Positions 9,506-18,506 of a DNA stretch of 64,000 nucleotides are shown here, piece after piece. The position numbers were made by a program, and so were the translations under genes. The stretch comes from Myxococcota bacterium (GTDB lineage: Bacteria > Myxococcota_A > SURF-8): NCBI GenBank assembly GCA_963674735.2, contig CAXXQS010000002.1:1792001-1856000 (forward strand). The letters are read 5' to 3'. The notes beneath the pieces are model-generated. The model worked only from the letters and a program-made list of their open reading frames with translations. It was not told where the DNA came from and searched no databases. Each line of letters begins with the position of its first letter. Positions within the stretch are counted from its first letter, which is position 1.

Positions 9506-10600
9506 TTGCTACATGAATCACAAAAACGTAGAGTGGGGATGATAGATATTATTCTGAATTCCTTAAATGAGATTATTAAAAAAACAGTCTCGGAGTTGAT
9601 AACGATCATGTTTGACTTCATTAAAACGTCTGCGGCTTTCTGCGCCATTATTGCTGGAATATTTGTTGCTTATAATCATTTATTCAGCTTTAGCGAGTTA
9701 CCTACATCTGATCGTATTTTTGGTGCCTTGCAACCTAGATCGATTGGTTCTATTAAACTGGATGCCGCTTCCGGTGGACAGTGGGAAGTAATCCTGCATG
9801 CGCTGGAAGACACCACTGAAGAAAGCAAGTTTTTCGAAAGATCCATACTTGCTTTCGCCTTTCCTATCCACGTTTATTTTATAACCGTGGGTGATGATAA
9901 TTCATATTCTGATGCTGAAAATGAAGGCATTGATGATTACATGGTTCTTATGTTTCTAAGTCGTGGATCGGTGTTTGTAAATTATATGATAAGAGTATTT
10001 TGTTCTGTAACAAGCAGTTCCATTTTTCGTGACACCTTAATTATCTTGCCCGACGAGATCGATAATCCGTATTTTGCGATGCACAATAACCTGCTTATCG
10101 GAAGTACGAGTTTGGAAATGATCAATGATCAATTGACGAGAATTGCAGATATTTGGGAGAAATCACCGAGGTCCAAAGCCAGACAAAATTATGGACTAAG
10201 TGAAAAATATATGAAAGAACATGTGGTAGTCTCTATGACGTCTCATGATATCAAAAGTGTTGTCGAATTAGTCAAAGGAGAAAATGGTAGAAATGATTTG
10301 CTCGAAGAAAATTGTGGTGATGATTCTCAGGGTGATAAAAAATGCCTAGCAACCAAGGTTCTTTTTAGTATGGTTGAAAATTGTAAGCGGTCGAACTTTG
10401 AGGGAAGTATTACCTATAAATCAGAATTAGCGGGTAACATTACATGTTGCAATGATAGAAAAGACTCAAGAAATAACCAGGAAGCAATGTATCAGATAAT
10501 AGCCCTGCTCAAGTCCGATCATGAAGGTGTTGAATTTGAAATAGGCGAAACCGTATTTGACAAAGAAGTGAGGCATCGTCTGAAGTTTCATATGAAGTAG
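9506..10600 (+). CDS. Hypothetical low-GC protein with N-terminal hydrophobic segment (start may be ATG 9539)
   Basis: 364-aa ORF, markedly AT-rich versus flanks; no motif recognised. Confidence 0.7.
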   Translation: MLHESQKRRVGMIDIILNSLNEIIKKTVSELITIMFDFIKTSAAFCAIIAGIFVAYNHLFSFSELPTSDRIFGALQPRSIGSIKLDAASGGQWEVILHALEDTTEESKFFERSILAFAFPIHVYFITVGDDNSYSDAENEGIDDYMVLMFLSRGSVFVNYMIRVFCSVTSSSIFRDTLIILPDEIDNPYFAMHNNLLIGSTSLEMINDQLTRIADIWEKSPRSKARQNYGLSEKYMKEHVVVSMTSHDIKSVVELVKGENGRNDLLEENCGDDSQGDKKCLATKVLFSMVENCKRSNFEGSITYKSELAGNITCCNDRKDSRNNQEAMYQIIALLKSDHEGVEFEIGETVFDKEVRHRLKFHMK

Positions 10601-10620
10601 CCTTTAACTATATTTCAACC

Positions 10621-10645
10621 TGCAGCGTGCCTACGGCGGGCTCCA
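10621..10645. repeat. Right imperfect inverted repeat bounding the low-GC gene
   Basis: Reverse complement matches 9248-9274 in 9-bp and 8-bp exact blocks. Confidence 0.6.
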
Positions 10646-10672
10646 GACCCTAAAAGCTCCCCTTCGCCTCTG

Positions 10673-10685
10673 CAAGTTATTGATA
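10673..10685 (-). promoter_or_regulatory. IHF-like binding site
   Basis: Minus strand TATCAATAACTTG is a full match to WATCAANNNNTTR. Confidence 0.5.
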
Positions 10686-11120
10686 TTAAAAGAAGAAAAC
10701 CCGATTTTAGCGGCGAATGGCAGTCGTATCTCGACGCCATTCGGGTGAAACTGAAATACCCGTGTTATTTCAACGAGATAAATCATCCTCTCTCGATTAT
10801 GTCTAATATAATATATTATGTATATAGTAGCGAGGTCTGCTTTTGCGCCCGAAATCAGGCTGTCCGGTGGCGCTTTCGGACTGAAGGCCTGAACGACCGG
10901 CACGAATTCATCCCCGATTGACGGGGCCTCTCGCATTTAAAGCGAAATCGGGGAGAGAGCGGACGGCCATCCTCCGAGCAACGGCGGTCGAGGAAGCAGC
11001 GGTGCAGGTGTGACGTATTACGGCAATCCTAGTAAAGCCAGGGGATTCCTACTTTACCCCCCGGCGTGCGGCTGAAAAAGCCAATGATTTCGCGAAAAGC
11101 GGCAACGGCGCAGCGGGCGT

Positions 11121-11146
11121 ATCGAGCGCATCGAGCGCATCGAGCG
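11121..11146. repeat. Short tandem repeat (ATCGAGCGC x~3)
   Basis: atcgagcgc atcgagcgc atcgagcg. Confidence 0.8.
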
Positions 11147-11237
11147 AAAATAAGGGGAAACCGGCCACGCGGTGCAAACGCGCAGGCGACGCAAAACGCG
11201 AAAAACGCCCCGGCGAACAGGCGGCGTCCGCACGGCT

Positions 11238-12149
11238 TCAGACTTTGGATCGCGGGTGGGCTTTTTCATAGATGCGCCGGATGGCGGCACGGTCGAGATG
11301 GGTGTAAATCTCCGTGGTGGCGATGTCGGCGTGCCCCAACAGCGCCTGCACCGCGCGCAGATCCGCTCCGCCTTCCAACAGGTGCGTGGCGAAACTATGG
11401 CGCAAAATGTGGGGACTGATGCGCCGCTTCAAGCCCGCCTTCAAGGCCAACTTGTCCAGCAGTTTGGTGATTGCGTCGCGCGTGAGCCGCCGCCCGCGCA
11501 CCGATACAAACAGCGCCGGACTCAACTCCACCCCGCGTAACAGCGTCGGTCGCGCATGGGTGAGATAGGAGTCAAGAGCCTCCAGCGCCGCGTCGCCCAG
11601 AGGGGCCAGACGCTCCTTGCCGCCCTTGCCGAAAACCTTCAGCAGGCCCGCCTGTGCGTCGAGATGCTGCAGATTCAGGCCCACCAGTTCCGAGACGCGC
11701 AGCCCGCCGCCGTAAAGCGTTTCGACGATCGCCGTGTCACGCAGGCCCAGCGGCGTGTCGCGTCCCGGCGCTTCCAGCAGACGCTCGACTTCGTCGAACG
11801 ACAGCACGTGGGGTAACGGTCGCGGCAGTTTGGGCGGAGCCAGATCGGGAGTGGGGTCGTGCTCGCAGCGGCGATCCTTCACCAGAAAACGATGGAACCC
11901 GCGAATGGCGCTGGTCATGCGGGCGCGCGTGCGGGGCGACAAACCGCGCGCGGCCAGCTGCTGCAGGTAGGCCGACAGCTTTTCGCGCGTCGCCGCAGCG
12001 GGGGACTCGATTGCTTCCTGTAACATATAGGATACATAGACGGTCAGGTCGCGGCTGTAAGCCGCCAGGGTGTTGGGCGACAGACGGCGCTCCACCTTCA
12101 GGTGAGCCAGGTAAAGATCCAGTGCACGGTCCCAGTCGATGGGCCCCAT
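11238..12149 (-). CDS. xerD: Site-specific tyrosine recombinase XerD
   Basis: LSPNTLAAYSRDL, GLRVSEL, GKGGKER, SPHILRHSFATHLLEGGADLRAVQALLGH, TTEIYTH, HPR. Confidence 0.92.
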   Translation of the reverse strand: MGPIDWDRALDLYLAHLKVERRLSPNTLAAYSRDLTVYVSYMLQEAIESPAAATREKLSAYLQQLAARGLSPRTRARMTSAIRGFHRFLVKDRRCEHDPTPDLAPPKLPRPLPHVLSFDEVERLLEAPGRDTPLGLRDTAIVETLYGGGLRVSELVGLNLQHLDAQAGLLKVFGKGGKERLAPLGDAALEALDSYLTHARPTLLRGVELSPALFVSVRGRRLTRDAITKLLDKLALKAGLKRRISPHILRHSFATHLLEGGADLRAVQALLGHADIATTEIYTHLDRAAIRRIYEKAHPRSKV

Positions 12150-12173
12150 TTTCGTCGCTCCTTGCTTGCGCGA

Positions 12174-13073
12174 TCAATCCTGTCCGGACTGCCGCATCTG
12201 AATCGACTCGGGTTCCCGCAGCGGGATGGGTTCCTCGATGACCCGCGCCTCGTAGTCGCGGCCGTGCTCCAGAAGCTCCAGGTCGTAAAGCGAGGACATG
12301 GCGCGCACGATACCCAGCGGCGCGACGCGTTGGTGGGACCACAGTTCGACGATGGTATCGCCCGACGAACTGTAGCGCCCGCGCACGGCGTCGAAGCGGC
12401 CCGCTTCCACTTCGAGGCGTTCCTTGCCCAATTCGACGTAGCGGCCGGGATGTTTTTGACTGAGCGTGTATCCATACCCGGCCGGACGCAGCTCCACCGG
12501 CGGATGGTCGCCGGTTTTGACGATCAAGCGATGTACCGGCGGCGCGCTCAGATTCTCCGGATCGTACAGGATACGCAAAACCACCGGCACACCCGAGCGG
12601 CTTTCGGTGGTGATTTCCAGCCAGACGGCGCTTGAGGAACGGCTCGGTTCGGGTCCGGCGACACCCACTTCGATTTCGCGCACGCGGCGCGTGAGCTTGT
12701 CTTCAAAACGGTAGCGGGACCATACGCCGGGTGTCAGTCGCAGGCTGGGCGAGAGTTCAAGCAGAAGAGTTGAGGGCGAAGCCGCGTTCGCGGCAGCGCC
12801 CGAGGCGCGGCCGTTGCGTTTTCTCGCCCGGCGGGTAGCTGGCGTGCCTTCGTCGGGGGCTGCCGCCTCGACGGACGTCGCAGGATTGCCGGACGGTGCA
12901 GGAATGTCGGACGGCGTGTCGGCGGTCGGCGCATGTTCCGCGCTTGGAGTTGCCTCGACGGCGGGGAGTGGGGCGTCGACGGTTTGCGCCAGCGAAACCG
13001 GCATGAGCGATACGCAGGCCCAAAGGAGAAACACGATGGACGCAAACCGCGCGAGAATCCGTTTACCGCTCAT
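12174..13073 (-). CDS. Exported hypothetical protein with Pro/Ala-rich linker
   Basis: Signal-peptide-like N-terminus, low-complexity linker, beta-rich C-terminal domain (EVEAGRFDA); overlaps the TolC stop. Confidence 0.75.
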   Translation of the reverse strand: MSGKRILARFASIVFLLWACVSLMPVSLAQTVDAPLPAVEATPSAEHAPTADTPSDIPAPSGNPATSVEAAAPDEGTPATRRARKRNGRASGAAANAASPSTLLLELSPSLRLTPGVWSRYRFEDKLTRRVREIEVGVAGPEPSRSSSAVWLEITTESRSGVPVVLRILYDPENLSAPPVHRLIVKTGDHPPVELRPAGYGYTLSQKHPGRYVELGKERLEVEAGRFDAVRGRYSSSGDTIVELWSHQRVAPLGIVRAMSSLYDLELLEHGRDYEARVIEEPIPLREPESIQMRQSGQD

Positions 13074-14463
13074 CGTTGGCCTCCACTTGCAGGTACAGAC
13101 CGAGGCGCTGCCGCAAAGTCAGCACGCTCAGTTTTTCGCTCAATTCATCCACGGCCAGAGACTGTTCGGCCTGCAACAAGGCGGTCGAGGCGTCGAGCAT
13201 ACTGAGGTTGTCGGCCAGGCCCACGCCGTATTGACGTTTGATCAGGCGGTAGTTTTCCTTGGCCAGTTCGGCCTTGGTGCGGCTGGCGAGAAGCTGGGAA
13301 TGGGCATCCTCCCGTTTCAACCAGGCTTCGCGCACCTCGTTGGCGATCTGGTCGCGCAAACGGCGGCTGGCCAGACGCGCCGAGCGGATGCGCGAGCGGC
13401 GTTCGCGGATATCGGCGATTTTGCGGCTACCCTCGAACAACGGCCACTCGGCGACGAACATCACGCGCCAACTGGTTTCATCGCCCGAAAAGCCGGAGGC
13501 GCTGGTCCAATCATAACTGCCTTGAACGTAGGTATTGGGGAGAAAGCCCAGCCAGGCTTCCAGCTCGCTGCGTTCGGCGATGGCGATAGTCTGTTCGGCG
13601 GCGCGCAAATCTTCGCGGGTTTCCACGGCTTGTTTCACCCAATCTTTTTTCTGCGCTTCGGGAAGGGCGGGTGCGGCGGGCGGCGTCAGAACCAGCGGCG
13701 GTGTCACCCCGATCAGAAAGCCGAGGGCTTGTTGAGCCAGCTGATAGCCGGTATGGGCCTGGATGCGCACTTTTTCCGCGTCGGCGCGTTCCATTTTGGC
13801 GCGCAAAACGTCCACCTCGATGCCCGCCCCCACCTTGAACCGATTTTGGGCCAGTTTGAGGTATTCATCGGCGCGTTCGAGCCCTTTTTCGGCTACGGCG
13901 GTGAGCTTTTCGGCTTGTACCACCGCGTAATAGGCGGCCGCCACCGCGTAAAACAATTCGGCGCGGGCGTGGCGTGCCTGGCGGCGGGCGGTTTGATAGG
14001 ACGCATGTCCGTTGATGATGAGCGGAATGCTGCGCGGGCTCAACAGCGTCATGCTGGCGGTCAACCCGGCGCTGCGCATCCAGCGTTCCTGAATGACGAT
14101 CTGCCGGGTGGCGGCCAATTCGTCGCACAGCGCTTGATCGCCGGCGGTGCAGCCCGCGTCCAGCGCCGCCAAGTCGCCGTCGGACGGTAATTTCACTTCG
14201 CTGTCGTTGCGCGTGATGGCGGCATTGGCTCCCAGATTGGGCAACAGCACCGACCAGGCGCGTTGGATCCCCACTTCGGCGCGCAAAACCACTTCGTCGA
14301 TTTCTTTCAGATCCGGGTTGTTGGCGGCCGCCAGTTTGAGTGCGTCATCAAGCGTCAAGGCTTGTGTGTCGGTCGCCCCGGCCAAGCCGAGCGGAGCCAG
14401 CCAAAGCAAGGTCGAAACCAGCAGCGTCCATCCGTATAAACCGATTCGAGTTCCAGCAACCAT
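13063..14463 (-). CDS. TolC-family outer membrane protein
   Basis: LTLDDALKLAAANNPDL, VAAAYY, RFKVGAGIEVDVLRA, YGVGLADNLSMLDA; RBS GGAGG. Confidence 0.9.
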   Translation of the reverse strand: MVAGTRIGLYGWTLLVSTLLWLAPLGLAGATDTQALTLDDALKLAAANNPDLKEIDEVVLRAEVGIQRAWSVLLPNLGANAAITRNDSEVKLPSDGDLAALDAGCTAGDQALCDELAATRQIVIQERWMRSAGLTASMTLLSPRSIPLIINGHASYQTARRQARHARAELFYAVAAAYYAVVQAEKLTAVAEKGLERADEYLKLAQNRFKVGAGIEVDVLRAKMERADAEKVRIQAHTGYQLAQQALGFLIGVTPPLVLTPPAAPALPEAQKKDWVKQAVETREDLRAAEQTIAIAERSELEAWLGFLPNTYVQGSYDWTSASGFSGDETSWRVMFVAEWPLFEGSRKIADIRERRSRIRSARLASRRLRDQIANEVREAWLKREDAHSQLLASRTKAELAKENYRLIKRQYGVGLADNLSMLDASTALLQAEQSLAVDELSEKLSVLTLRQRLGLYLQVEANDER

Positions 14464-14687
14464 CGTCGATCGCCTCCATATTGGGTTTTCGCTTCGCGGA
14501 GCTTAGCATTTTTAGCTTTAAAAGGCTACCGTTGAGCTTAAGGACAAAACGCAGGAGATTTCGCCCCTGCGCCATTCGGTCGACAGGATCGAATCCGAAT
14601 CTGCAATATTGGGGTAATCTCCTTGAAATTATAGAGGAATTGTTCCGGAAACGGAACGCAATTGCCGGGTGTTCGAGCTAAATTAAC

Positions 14688-14715
14688 TTGCCTTTTTCTT
14701 AAAAATCCCTATCAT
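14688..14715 (+). promoter_or_regulatory. Possible sigma70-type promoter for 14776 gene
   Basis: TTGCCT-N16-TATCAT. Confidence 0.35.
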
Positions 14716-14775
14716 GGTGGCAATGGGGGAAGGGGCCGTTTCGGGGGTAAGCATCATTTGGCTTGATGGAAAGAA

Positions 14776-15462
14776 GTGATGAGTCAACACCAATTCGCCA
14801 TTCGAGTAAATGGCCGAACGCTCGGCGTGAAAGACGTGCAGCAGCTGGCCCGTCTGATCACGAAGGGATCGTTGGGTCCGAACGATAAGGTTTTCAGCCT
14901 TTCCGACAAGCGCTGGCTGTCGGCTACGGATATTCCCGGCTTGAATGCGCGGCTTGAAGGCGGCGGCGAGTCGGATGTCTTCACGATCGACGAAGACGAT
15001 ATTCAGGTCGAGCCGGTTGTAGAAGCCGCTCCGATCAAACCTGAACCCATTTCAGTCAAGCCTAAAGCCGATGCCGTGGCGGTCGATCCCGATCGTACCC
15101 TCACCGGTCAGGCGCTCAACTCTCTGCTCGACAATCTGGACGGGGGTGTGGAAGAAGAAAGCGAAAGCATCAGTCCCAGCGAGCCGTCTCTGTCATCCAA
15201 GACCATTCACAAAATGTCTTCCTCCAATAAACGCAGCACCCGGCTCACCGATGCCGTGGTGGCCGCGAAGGTTCCCAATCCCGAAGGGCGTCGCATCGGC
15301 TTGGACAAGGCCGCCGTCTTTGTGGCCGTGATGGCTTTGTTGTTCGGGATGGCGGTCGGCTTGTTCGGCTCCACGCTGGTTCTTTCCAACGGCGATGGAC
15401 AAACGGGAGCCGCCATTTTACAGGCCCAAACGCCGAGTTCGTCGTCGAGCGACACCAACTAA
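14776..15462 (+). CDS. GYF_2/DUF4339-like membrane protein
   Basis: N-terminal G...L..LI..G.L.P.D.V....W..A.D.P pattern, acidic linker, C-terminal TM helix. Confidence 0.65.
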   Translation: MMSQHQFAIRVNGRTLGVKDVQQLARLITKGSLGPNDKVFSLSDKRWLSATDIPGLNARLEGGGESDVFTIDEDDIQVEPVVEAAPIKPEPISVKPKADAVAVDPDRTLTGQALNSLLDNLDGGVEEESESISPSEPSLSSKTIHKMSSSNKRSTRLTDAVVAAKVPNPEGRRIGLDKAAVFVAVMALLFGMAVGLFGSTLVLSNGDGQTGAAILQAQTPSSSSSDTN

Positions 15463-15779
15463 ACGAAATCACGAAAAAACAAGTGGGGGAGAGCCTGCCG
15501 GAAAGGCGGGAATCAGTGGCTTTGCCTTGTTTGGCATCTGTGGCGATCGCGATAAACCAGCGGATTGCCGTTTTGCCTGATTTCGCTCATTGTCGGAATC
15601 GATTTGTACGATTAACCTATACATGAGGTGCCAATTATTGCTTGGATGTGTTAATAATATGTACAGACAGAAAAATAAAATGTAAATAATTAAAATTTAT
15701 GCTTGAAATGTCGATATGGATATTGTACAGTGTAGTTGGGTGGAAGAAGTATCACCCGCGCAGGAAAGAGAGGTAGGTT

Positions 15780-16517
15780 ATGATCGGAACATATCGATAT
15801 GCCATTCGGCGCGGCCCCAAAACGTATGGTATCGAGAATCTGGATTTACTTCGCGATCTGGCCAACCGGCGAAAGATTGTCCCCCAGGATTTCATCTATT
15901 CCTATGAGAGGGGCGAATGGATCCGGGCCGGTTACCTGTTCGACCTGTTCGACATCTTCAATTTCCAGAGCCACGGCGGCCTGGTCAGCGGTCCTCCGCC
16001 GAAGGAGCGGCTGAGTGCGCCCGAGTTGATGGAATCGGAGAAAGTGGGGCTCAAGGATGGCAGCTCGCGTCTGACGGCTCCCCAGTATCGCGCCCACCGT
16101 TCGCCGCCGAGGGCTTCTTCTCCGCCGGCTTCGAAACTGGCAACGGATCTGAGTCGTTTGTTTGACGACGTTCTTCCCGAACAACGCCACCCGGTTCCGG
16201 TGGAGGAGGAATTCGAGTTGTCCGACGAAAAATTTTACGAGGCTTTGCAGTCGACCGGCTACCATCCCAAGACCGCGACCTCTCTGATCGGAGAGGAAGA
16301 GATCGTCGATATGGATTCGGCTGAAAAACGGCGCTGGATGCCGGTTAGCGGGACGACCGTCGCGTTATTGGCGTTGTTGGTGATTGCCGTGGCCGGAGCC
16401 TTCGGCTTCTATGCCGGGAAAGCGCTCAATGAAGACAACATCCCGCGCTTCGCCGTGCTGGAGTTGAGCGAGAGTGGTTGGTCGGCTCGGCCGCTGCCGA
16501 TCCGCGACATCAACTAG
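15780..16517 (+). CDS. GYF_2/DUF4339-like membrane protein (same architecture as upstream gene)
   Basis: YG.....LRDL....I.PQD.IY.....W..AG pattern, linker, C-terminal TM; RBS GAGGT. Confidence 0.65.
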   Translation: MIGTYRYAIRRGPKTYGIENLDLLRDLANRRKIVPQDFIYSYERGEWIRAGYLFDLFDIFNFQSHGGLVSGPPPKERLSAPELMESEKVGLKDGSSRLTAPQYRAHRSPPRASSPPASKLATDLSRLFDDVLPEQRHPVPVEEEFELSDEKFYEALQSTGYHPKTATSLIGEEEIVDMDSAEKRRWMPVSGTTVALLALLVIAVAGAFGFYAGKALNEDNIPRFAVLELSESGWSARPLPIRDIN

Positions 16518-16624
16518 CGCCTGCTCGTGTGGGGAGTGGGCTGAAAAGAAACGGCGATCCAGCCTGAATCGGCCGGACCGCCGGGAGCGTTGTTCATCGA
16601 CGAGCGCGTTCGCGCATATGCATC

Positions 16625-17971
16625 CTAATCAAAACTGGGGGCGTTGGTTTGCAGCCAGGTGACCACCTGTGCGAGCTGATCGTCATTGGCCAGCATGGCG
16701 TCGTGGCCCAGCGCCACGAGGGTGTTGATGGCATCGTTGCAGTCGCCCTGGAAACTCTGGTTCAAACACTGCGTGGTAAAGGGTGTCATGGCGATGCTGA
16801 TGTTGGATACCACGTTGCGCCAGGTGATGCCCCCGCCGTCTTCCACGCCGTAAGGCGTTTCATCGACATCGGCGGTGGCCGGGTCGCCGTTGAGGTTCCA
16901 CTGCACGCTGTTGGTGCTTTGCAATTGCCCCGCGTAAGCCGGATACATTTCCTGATAGCCGACGCCGGCCAGCAGGTTGATCAGGGCCGCGTTGGTGCCG
17001 TGGTTCGCGCCCCCCATCAGGACCACGTCGCGTACGTACTGGTTTCCGTTGCCCGCCGCGATATACTGGCGGGTGCTCAAGGCTCCCATCCCATGTGCGA
17101 CGATGTCCACTTTTTCGCAGCCGGTTTCGGTAAGCAGGGTTTGAACGGCCGCCGCCAGTTCGATGGAATGGGTGATATTGCTGTCTACCGCATTGGTGTA
17201 ATCGATGGCGAACATGTACGAATCGGGATAATTGGCCGCTTCCAGCTTGTCTTTCATGCGGTTCCAGTCGCCGGGTCCGCCCGCAGCCTGGTGGACCATC
17301 ACCACCGGATCATGATCCCACAGATAGGCAAAGCCGTGTTCCAGGGACGCCTGGTCCGCCCCACGCTGCACCGTTACGGTATGGCTGCCGATGTACTGGG
17401 CATCCGCCGGTGGGAAGGTGGCATCGGCGCTGGTGGACGACAGCACGTTGACGGCGGTGGCCTGAATCGGGCCCACCATGACCGTCATGCCGGTTTGGAA
17501 ACCGGTGCCGGTAATCGTAACCGGGTGGGAGAAATTGTAATGGCCGTTTGCCGGTGAGACCGCCGTGATGCTGAGCACGCCCGGATCGGTGTCGCCATCG
17601 GTGTCGCCATCGGTGTCGCCATCGGTATCGCCATCGGTGTCGCCGTCGGTGTCGCCATCGGTGTCGCCGTCGGTGTCGCCATCGGTATCGCCATCGGTGT
17701 CACCGTCGGTATCGCCCTCGGTGTCGTCGTCCGTGTCGCCGTCCGTGTCGTCACCGTCGGGATCGTCACCGTCGGGATCGTCGCCGTCGGGATCGTCGCC
17801 ATCGGGATCGTCGCCATCGGGATCGTCGCCGTCGGGATCGTCGCCGTCGGGGGATTGGTCGCCGTCTATGTCGCCGTCACTACTGCTGTCGCTATCGCCG
17901 CAAGCGGTCAGGCCGCAGCAAAACAGACAGAAAGCGATGAGTAGAACAAGGGGTAAACGGGTATACAGCAT
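16625..17971 (-). CDS. Lipoprotein: DGD repeats + IPT/TIG-like domain + lipase-fold domain lacking the catalytic Ser
   Basis: Lipobox LTAC; ITAVSPANG..VTITGTGF; PVVMVH, KVDIVAHGMG, GGANHGT; start ATG 17971 with RBS GAGGT. Confidence 0.8.
   Translation of the reverse strand: MLYTRLPLVLLIAFCLFCCGLTACGDSDSSSDGDIDGDQSPDGDDPDGDDPDGDDPDGDDPDGDDPDGDDPDGDDTDGDTDDDTEGDTDGDTDGDTDGDTDGDTDGDTDGDTDGDTDGDTDGDTDGDTDPGVLSITAVSPANGHYNFSHPVTITGTGFQTGMTVMVGPIQATAVNVLSSTSADATFPPADAQYIGSHTVTVQRGADQASLEHGFAYLWDHDPVVMVHQAAGGPGDWNRMKDKLEAANYPDSYMFAIDYTNAVDSNITHSIELAAAVQTLLTETGCEKVDIVAHGMGALSTRQYIAAGNGNQYVRDVVLMGGANHGTNAALINLLAGVGYQEMYPAYAGQLQSTNSVQWNLNGDPATADVDETPYGVEDGGGITWRNVVSNISIAMTPFTTQCLNQSFQGDCNDAINTLVALGHDAMLANDDQLAQVVTWLQTNAPSFD
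17585..17878 (-). repeat. Coding tandem repeats DGDT (12 bp, ~13 units) and DGDDP (15 bp, 6 units)
   Basis: ggtgtcgccatc and gggatcgtcgccgtc units on the + strand. Confidence 0.95.
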
Positions 17972-18149
17972 AGTCACCTCTCCAAGCAAAAGGGAGTTGC
18001 AAAGCGCCGGATGACATCAAGATGTTGACGGATTGCGGTACGTAAACAGCGCAACGAATCTAGTTTATCTTACATGTGAAAGCGTTGCCGCGCAAGCCAA
18101 TGTGAGACTTTCCGATGCTACAAACAGCCTCGGATCGGTTGGAATCGAG

Positions 18150-18506
18150 CTAGGCCGCCAGCCAGACGCGCGCTGCATAGGAAATCAGCAGCGAGAACAG
18201 CAGGTACAAAAGCGAGACACCGATGCCGCCCGCGTAAGAGGTTCCCAGAATCAGCGTGAAACCGGCCGAAGCCAGAAGAAAAGCCACGATCGTGCCGTAG
18301 GTGGGCACCAGCATTTCGCCGACCTGATACAAGATGGCGCTGATCAGCAAGGCCAAGGCGCACCACAGAAAGCCCGTTCGCTTGGCGGCCATCCACATGG
18401 CGGCGAGTTTTACCGGGACCACCAGGATGATGACTTTGATGACTAGAATCAAAATCGTATACAACCCGTTCGCGTCCAGACCCAGACCACGCAATTCGTT
18501 GAACAT
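18150..18506 (-). CDS. Small multi-pass membrane hypothetical protein
   Basis: 118 aa, about 4 hydrophobic segments, RBS GGAGG. Confidence 0.7.
   Translation of the reverse strand: MFNELRGLGLDANGLYTILILVIKVIILVVPVKLAAMWMAAKRTGFLWCALALLISAILYQVGEMLVPTYGTIVAFLLASAGFTLILGTSYAGGIGVSLLYLLFSLLISYAARVWLAA

Larger units (their letters stand above)
10665..11160. repeat. Dispersed non-coding element, copy A (boundaries approximate)
   Basis: Exact 18-mer (10763-10780), 20-mer (11006-11025) and 11-mer (11136-11146) recur inverted and colinear at 50168-50583. Confidence 0.8.

Noticed and set aside
10631-10936. Short ORFs inside the non-coding element copies (also 49987-50473, 50598-51119)
   Set aside because: No motifs and no similar translation between the two copies.
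10985-11005. AGGAAGCAGC resembling the SRP RNA helix 8 motif
   Set aside because: The pairing TCAGG-CC-GRAA partner and flanking stem are absent.
11238-12149. Phage/island integrase for the low-GC gene
   Set aside because: Motifs, length and host-like GC fit housekeeping XerD; no tRNA or att duplication seen.
15463-15779. Possible riboswitch/ncRNA in AT-rich intergenic gaps (also 14470-14775, 22400-22700)
   Set aside because: Only isolated short hairpins; no riboswitch consensus recognised by eye.
17585-17878. Possible CRISPR-like periodicity
   Set aside because: Contiguous 12/15-bp coding units with no spacers; no cas genes.
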